NCBI GenBank assembly: GCA_964606085.1
Contig: CAZSFD010000007.1
Coordinates: 27,234-91,233, forward strand
DNA from: an uncultured Anaerolineaceae bacterium
GTDB taxonomy: Bacteria > Chloroflexota > Anaerolineae > Anaerolineales > UBA4823
Length of the DNA: 64,000 nt
Direction of reading: 5' to 3'
Part shown: piece by piece, positions 59,696 through 64,000 of the stretch
Layout: every line of letters starts with the position of its first letter
Position numbering within the stretch: the first letter of the stretch is position 1
The notes under the pieces: generated by a model
Told to the model about the DNA's origin: nothing
What the model saw: the letters and a program-made list of their open reading frames with translations, nothing else
Databases searched by the model: none
Position numbers and translations under genes: made by a program

Positions 59696-59737
59696 GACCC
59701 GCCATTGACAGCCCTCCTCGATTGGGGTATCCTTAGC

Positions 59738-59858
59738 GCCCGAACCGCCGAATGGGTCCGGCGCGGCAGAAACCTGCGAACCTCGCCAGGGCCGAGAGGC
59801 AGCAACGATAAGTGGGCCATTCTGGGTGCCGCCGGGTCGCCTGTCCGGCGGTTCGTTG
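59738..59858 (+). ncRNA. ffs: Small (4.5S-type) signal recognition particle RNA candidate
   Basis: GCCAGGGCCGAGAGGCAGCAACGAUAAG (59785-59812) parallels E. coli GUCAGGUCCGGAAGGAAGCAGCC. It has a GNRA loop (GAGA) and a compensatory G-C replacing the U-A pair. The ends cgaaccgccg (59741-50) and cggcggttcg (59846-55) pair perfectly to close a long hairpin. The region is ORF-free. Confidence 0.65.
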
Positions 59859-59869
59859 TTTAAAAGCAA

Positions 59870-59911
59870 CTTCCCCCCTCGCTACCAATCTGTTTTTTGC
59901 GAGGGGGGAAG
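59870..59911. terminator. 13-bp perfect hairpin between ffs/sulP and the convergent Tad-like gene
   Basis: cttcccccctcgc (59870-82) pairs with gcgaggggggaag (59899-911). The T6 run sits in the loop rather than after the stem. Confidence 0.4.
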
Positions 59912-59940
59912 GCCGGCCCAAAATACCAATAAAAGCGGGG

Positions 59941-61218
59941 TTACTTGAACAATTCGAGCGAGGCGGGTTTGCTATAAGCCTTTTCTTCGTTGAAGACCAC
60001 GTTGGTATCTGCTGTACCGCCGATTTCCACATTCCAGCCGATCACCTGCGCCCGGAAGGCGTCAGTGGCGCCATTGCCCAGCATGTTGATGTTGGCGCCG
60101 GGGGCCAGGATGGTGCCTTCAAAGAAAGAGGCGGAGTTGCCGGTGATCTGAATTTCGTTGTGATTGGAGGGCGGGGCGTAAATGACGATGCCGGGGATGG
60201 CCGGGGAGGGATCGGGATTGCGTTCGGGGGCATCCAGTTGCACGGTGGCATTGCCGTTGATGCGCAATTCGCCATTGAGCAGGACAATCGTGACATCCTG
60301 TCCAATCAGGGTGTCATTGGCGTTGATGCGTAGATTGCCGGTGACGCAATAGAGGCCCGGCGCCAGCGTGCCGCTCAGGCTGGTGACATTGTGGGCGGCG
60401 GGGTGATTGCAATTGGGGGCGGGGATTTCATAGGCAGTGGGTGGCATTTGTGTGCCATTCGAGCTTTGCGCATCGGGGTTGAATTTGCTGCCATTTTGAA
60501 TATCGTTGCCAGTAACGCCGCCATCTACAACGGTAATGTCGGTATTGCCATCGGCCTGTAAACAACCGTTCGAGAAGATGCCGCCACCGGTCACAAAGAC
60601 ATCGGGGTTACCGTGGAAGCCAGCGCCATTTTGCTGCCCCTGGCAGTTGGCCGGGTTGAGGGCAACCACCGCATTGCCAAAGACCAGCGGCGACCGGGGA
60701 CGGACACGTGTGATGGCCTCGACCTTGTTGATCAATTGCCCCCCCGAAAAGAGTTCCATGAAGTTGGTATCGGTGGTGACTGAAATCTGCGTGGTGATGT
60801 CCAGGTATTTGTCCATGAACCCGTTACGCATTTCCTGCTCACAGGAAAAGGTCACACCATTGTGGTCGCTGACGTTATTATCAATCACGAATTGGTTGTC
60901 ATCGGCCCGGCCAATGGCGGCGTTAATGGCGGCGGTCTGGGCTGCGCCCATGCGAGCATCAGCGCAATTCCAATTGCCATACAGCACGCCGGCGTTTTCC
61001 AGGCTCAAAGCGGCAGCCCCACCACCGGCCAGCGAGGCCGCGTCAGCGCCATTTTGCGAATTCCGCCGGTCTGAATAGGCCATGCCGCCATCCAGGGCCA
61101 GGGCCACAAAACCCAACAGCACGACAAAGCCCAACGCCAGCAAAACCAATACCTGTCCACTTTCAGAAGATTTTTCTCTATACATCGTAACACCTCCAAA
61201 AAAACTGCTTTCTTTCAA
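59941..61218 (-). CDS. TadG-like (Flp pilus assembly, Tad N-terminal domain) protein with beta-helix-like C-terminus
   Basis: N-terminal GQVLVLLALGFVVLLGFVALALDGGMAYSDRRNSQNGADAASLAG fits the pattern recalled for Tad/TadG N-terminal domains. An alternative start is at 61185. Confidence 0.65.
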   Translation of the reverse strand: MKESSFFGGVTMYREKSSESGQVLVLLALGFVVLLGFVALALDGGMAYSDRRNSQNGADAASLAGGGAAALSLENAGVLYGNWNCADARMGAAQTAAINAAIGRADDNQFVIDNNVSDHNGVTFSCEQEMRNGFMDKYLDITTQISVTTDTNFMELFSGGQLINKVEAITRVRPRSPLVFGNAVVALNPANCQGQQNGAGFHGNPDVFVTGGGIFSNGCLQADGNTDITVVDGGVTGNDIQNGSKFNPDAQSSNGTQMPPTAYEIPAPNCNHPAAHNVTSLSGTLAPGLYCVTGNLRINANDTLIGQDVTIVLLNGELRINGNATVQLDAPERNPDPSPAIPGIVIYAPPSNHNEIQITGNSASFFEGTILAPGANINMLGNGATDAFRAQVIGWNVEIGGTADTNVVFNEEKAYSKPASLELFK

Positions 61219-61227
61219 ATTAGCCCA

Positions 61228-61662
61228 TCACTGGCAAGGCGGCGTCAGGATGGTATCGGTGACGCTGGCCCGCAAGGGGATGCTTTGTGAACCTAAAATG
61301 GTGCCCAACAAGGGCGTGGTGATTGCAAAGGCGGGCATTTCCACCACCACTTCGATGGCATTGCCCGCGCATAATGACCCCAGGGGGTTGACCGAAACAT
61401 TGACCTGGGTGGCATCGGTTAAATCTACCGGCATGTCAGATGCGTAGCGCACGCGGTCAACAATCCCGCTGCTATCGCCGGGTTTGATGGAAGCGTAGGT
61501 GGCGCCTTCCTGGGCGGCATCTTGCAAGGCCATAAAGGTGAAAAAGGCACGTCCCAGGTCGAGCAGGCCGAGCAGCAAGACCATCAAAATCACGATGATG
61601 GCGGCAAATTCAACCAGGGCCTGGCCGTGTTCGTTTTTGGTTTGTTGCAGATGGGGTTTCAT
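61228..61662 (-). CDS. TadE-like pseudopilin/assembly protein
   Basis: GQALVEFAAIIVILMVLLLGLLDLGRAF is the TadE N-terminal motif. Start set at MKPHL. Confidence 0.7.
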   Translation of the reverse strand: MKPHLQQTKNEHGQALVEFAAIIVILMVLLLGLLDLGRAFFTFMALQDAAQEGATYASIKPGDSSGIVDRVRYASDMPVDLTDATQVNVSVNPLGSLCAGNAIEVVVEMPAFAITTPLLGTILGSQSIPLRASVTDTILTPPCQ

Positions 61663-62003
61663 GGCTTTACTCCTCAAAATCAGAAGTTGATGTGCGATTT
61701 CAATGAGTAAAACGAAAGGCGATTGCAAAAGTTACACTTTGCGCAAATGAATTTGCGGAATGCGCTTAACGATTTTGTTAGCCCCCAACCAGACCCCGAC
61801 CAGGGCGCACGGCGTGCGCCCCTCCCCGGGGCTGTTTTCATGCCAGCTGGCTATATGCCGGGCACTCGCCGGCGCATTCAATGGATGAAAATGGGCTGGT
61901 TACCGTGGCGCAAACCTTTGGTTTACGAGCGTGCGCAACGCAACGCTCGCAAGTCAGAGACTTGCGCCACGAGGCTGTTTTCAAGACAGCAGGTTGGACC
62001 CGA

Positions 62004-64000
62004 TCACCGATGGATGACCGGCAAAAAGATGGATGAATAACTGCGCGGGGCATTGCCATAGCCAGTGAAGCTGGTTTGCACCAGCACGTTGGCATCAGCG
62101 CCAGTGATGAAGATCATCGGCTCGACGACCAAATTCCCTTGTGGGTCTACCTGAGCGTAATACAGGTGGCGGCTCCAGCGACGATCCATCCAGGTGAGAA
62201 TGCCATCGCCGCCTGCGCCTGGGGTAACGGACACAAAATCAGCCGGGTGGGGGATGGGATCGGGGTTGGTCAGCGATTGCGGTGCGGCCATGACGCTGAA
62301 ATCGGCGTCATCGAGCATGGCGTAGGCAATTTGCGCGGTGCGGGTATCCGTCCAGGCCAGCAAGACATGTCCATCCCCAATTTGGCTCACATCGGCGCGC
62401 GTGCCAGCCGAACCCGCCAGCGGCGTTTCCGTTTTCTCGAATTGGCCGTTGCTGTTTATAACGGCGTAGGCAATGCCCTGCGTATTGGCGGCATTATCGA
62501 AGACCGTATAGACCATGAAGATGAAATTGGTATCAAGCAAGGTGATGGCTGGATAGGAAAATAAAACATTGTTGGCCGTGCTGTTGGTGAGTTGGGTGGG
62601 CGGCAAGACCAAAAGGCCATCGTTATCGAAGATCGCCATCCAGATATTGCTGATGGTGCTGCCCAGGCTGGGCGACTGTTCATCGAACCAGGTCAGTACA
62701 AAGCGGTTGTCATGGGTGGACAGCAGGCGTGGCGAGAAAAATACCGGCACATTCAGCGTACCTTCGCCGCGCCATTGCGTGTTGTTGGTGACGTTGGTGG
62801 GGGCAGAGTCGAGCAGGGTGCCATCGGCTTGCAAACGGCGAAAATAAATGTTGGCATTGATGCCTTTGGCGGGGTCGAATACCTGGTGAATCCAGATCGC
62901 GCCGAGGGTGTCGTGGGTGGCGACCACCATAGGCGAGAGGTCGAACGTACTCAAGGTGACATCCCGGTTATCGGTCAGCAAGGTCGTCGGCCTGACGACG
63001 CGCCCCAGAGCGTCGAGCAAGGCAAACTCAGCATCGGAATACAAAATGGGGCGGTTGCCGACAATTTTGTCGTGGTTGCGCTCCCAGGAAAAGGCATAGC
63101 GATGATTGCGCAGCGGCGAAAGCGACATATTGCTGCCGCCAAACCACGAGTCAACGGCGGTTGTGGTGGCATTTTCTGTGCCATAGTTTTCGGCATGCAG
63201 GCCCAGGTTATCTGAAAAAGCCTGGATGAAGGGAGAAGTCGGGGCGCTTTGCAGGTGCGCCTGGACGGTATGCTGCGGGTTGTTCTTCGATTGCGCTACG
63301 ACGGCAAATGGCGCCGCCAGTGGGGTGGCTTCATCCCGCTCAGCCGCGATTTTGACCAAAAACGTAAAATCGGCACCCTGGGCCAATGGGCCGCTATCGG
63401 GGCGGCCATCGCTGTCGCTGTCCGTCAGCGGTGCGCTGCCATCGGCCACCCACAGGCTGGCCGACCACCCCGCGACGCTGGTGTTGACGCTCAAATTGAA
63501 CGTGTCGGCAGGCAGCGCCGGGGCATCACCGGTGTTGCGCACGGTCAGCAGGAAGGCGGCCTGGTGGTTCTGCGTGAAGCCACCCTGGAGACGGGGCAGT
63601 AATTTGCCGCGCGACGCCGGGTTGGGGCGGTCGAAGAAGATGGTTTTGGGGCCAGTCAGCCCGGCCAGGTTGTGCAGGTAGGTCAGCCCATCTTGCCCGT
63701 CGCCATCTTCGATGCCGATGGTCAATTCAGCCGGCGGGTTGGTGATGCTGTGGTAGAGGAATTGGATATCACCGTTTTGGCGCAGAATCACCGCGAAGGT
63801 TAGTTGCCCGGCCGTATAGCGCCCGGTCACGCCATGCCATTCCACGGCAAAATAAGCGCCCTGGGCATCGCTGCCGGCTTTGTAATACACCGCGCCGCCA
63901 GGGTTGCCATAGTCTGTTCCCATCGCCAGGTCGCTCCATAACGGGGCGATAAAATCGTTGGGCAGTGGTTCCTGCGGAATGGCGACATTATCGCGATCTG
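62004..64000 (-). CDS. Large secreted/surface protein, N-terminus beyond window edge
   Basis: The frame stays open from 63923 to nt 64000 (upstream residues ...FIAPLWSDLAMGTDYG). The rest is beta-rich repetitive sequence of unknown family. Confidence 0.6.
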   Translation of the reverse strand, partial: DRDNVAIPQEPLPNDFIAPLWSDLAMGTDYGNPGGAVYYKAGSDAQGAYFAVEWHGVTGRYTAGQLTFAVILRQNGDIQFLYHSITNPPAELTIGIEDGDGQDGLTYLHNLAGLTGPKTIFFDRPNPASRGKLLPRLQGGFTQNHQAAFLLTVRNTGDAPALPADTFNLSVNTSVAGWSASLWVADGSAPLTDSDSDGRPDSGPLAQGADFTFLVKIAAERDEATPLAAPFAVVAQSKNNPQHTVQAHLQSAPTSPFIQAFSDNLGLHAENYGTENATTTAVDSWFGGSNMSLSPLRNHRYAFSWERNHDKIVGNRPILYSDAEFALLDALGRVVRPTTLLTDNRDVTLSTFDLSPMVVATHDTLGAIWIHQVFDPAKGINANIYFRRLQADGTLLDSAPTNVTNNTQWRGEGTLNVPVFFSPRLLSTHDNRFVLTWFDEQSPSLGSTISNIWMAIFDNDGLLVLPPTQLTNSTANNVLFSYPAITLLDTNFIFMVYTVFDNAANTQGIAYAVINSNGQFEKTETPLAGSAGTRADVSQIGDGHVLLAWTDTRTAQIAYAMLDDADFSVMAAPQSLTNPDPIPHPADFVSVTPGAGGDGILTWMDRRWSRHLYYAQVDPQGNLVVEPMIFITGADANVLVQTSFTGYGNAPRSYSSIFLPVIHR

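Noticed and set aside
61723-62040. 105-aa plus-strand ORF between the TadE-like gene and the large secreted-protein gene
   Set aside because: It overlaps the end of the large minus-strand ORF. It has an odd composition, no motif and no SD.

Overview
GC-rich (well above 60% by eye) bacterial chromosomal segment, densely packed with about 55 protein genes, most of them housekeeping. These include infA, rpsU, kbl, rsmI, gatCA, ndh, pyrG, era, mutS2, eno, ygiQ, two-component systems and an ECF sigma/anti-sigma pair. Thr/Pro-rich linkers, lipoprotein LAAC boxes and Tad-like pilus genes suggest a Chloroflexota-like organism, but this is unverified. No rRNA, tRNA, CRISPR array, transposase or integrase was seen. 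The most unusual locus is a self-contained five-gene minus-strand operon (3392-10790). It is built around an XPB/Ssl2-type SF2 helicase, three large paralogous partner proteins and a 65-aa ORF. All of these reuse the XPB-N-terminal / TFIIH-p52(Tfb2)-like module, so the operon looks like an expanded bacterial TFIIH-core-like assembly of unknown function. Other notable items follow. (1) A sharply AT-richer 2.2-kb island carries a beta-class SPPY DNA methyltransferase plus a PD-(D/E)XK restriction enzyme candidate (18091-20314). (2) A dispersed family of heptamer/octamer short tandem repeats, reminiscent of cyanobacterial STRR, forms intergenic hairpins and is also embedded in-frame inside mutS2 and in the tail of plsC. 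(3) A small SRP RNA (ffs) candidate lies in an ORF-free gap. (4) A Rex/CRP-type palindrome and a structured leader precede ndh. (5) A response regulator is fused to a degenerate, His-less kinase core. All calls come from reading the sequence and ORF translations, with family assignments from memory; no searches were run.
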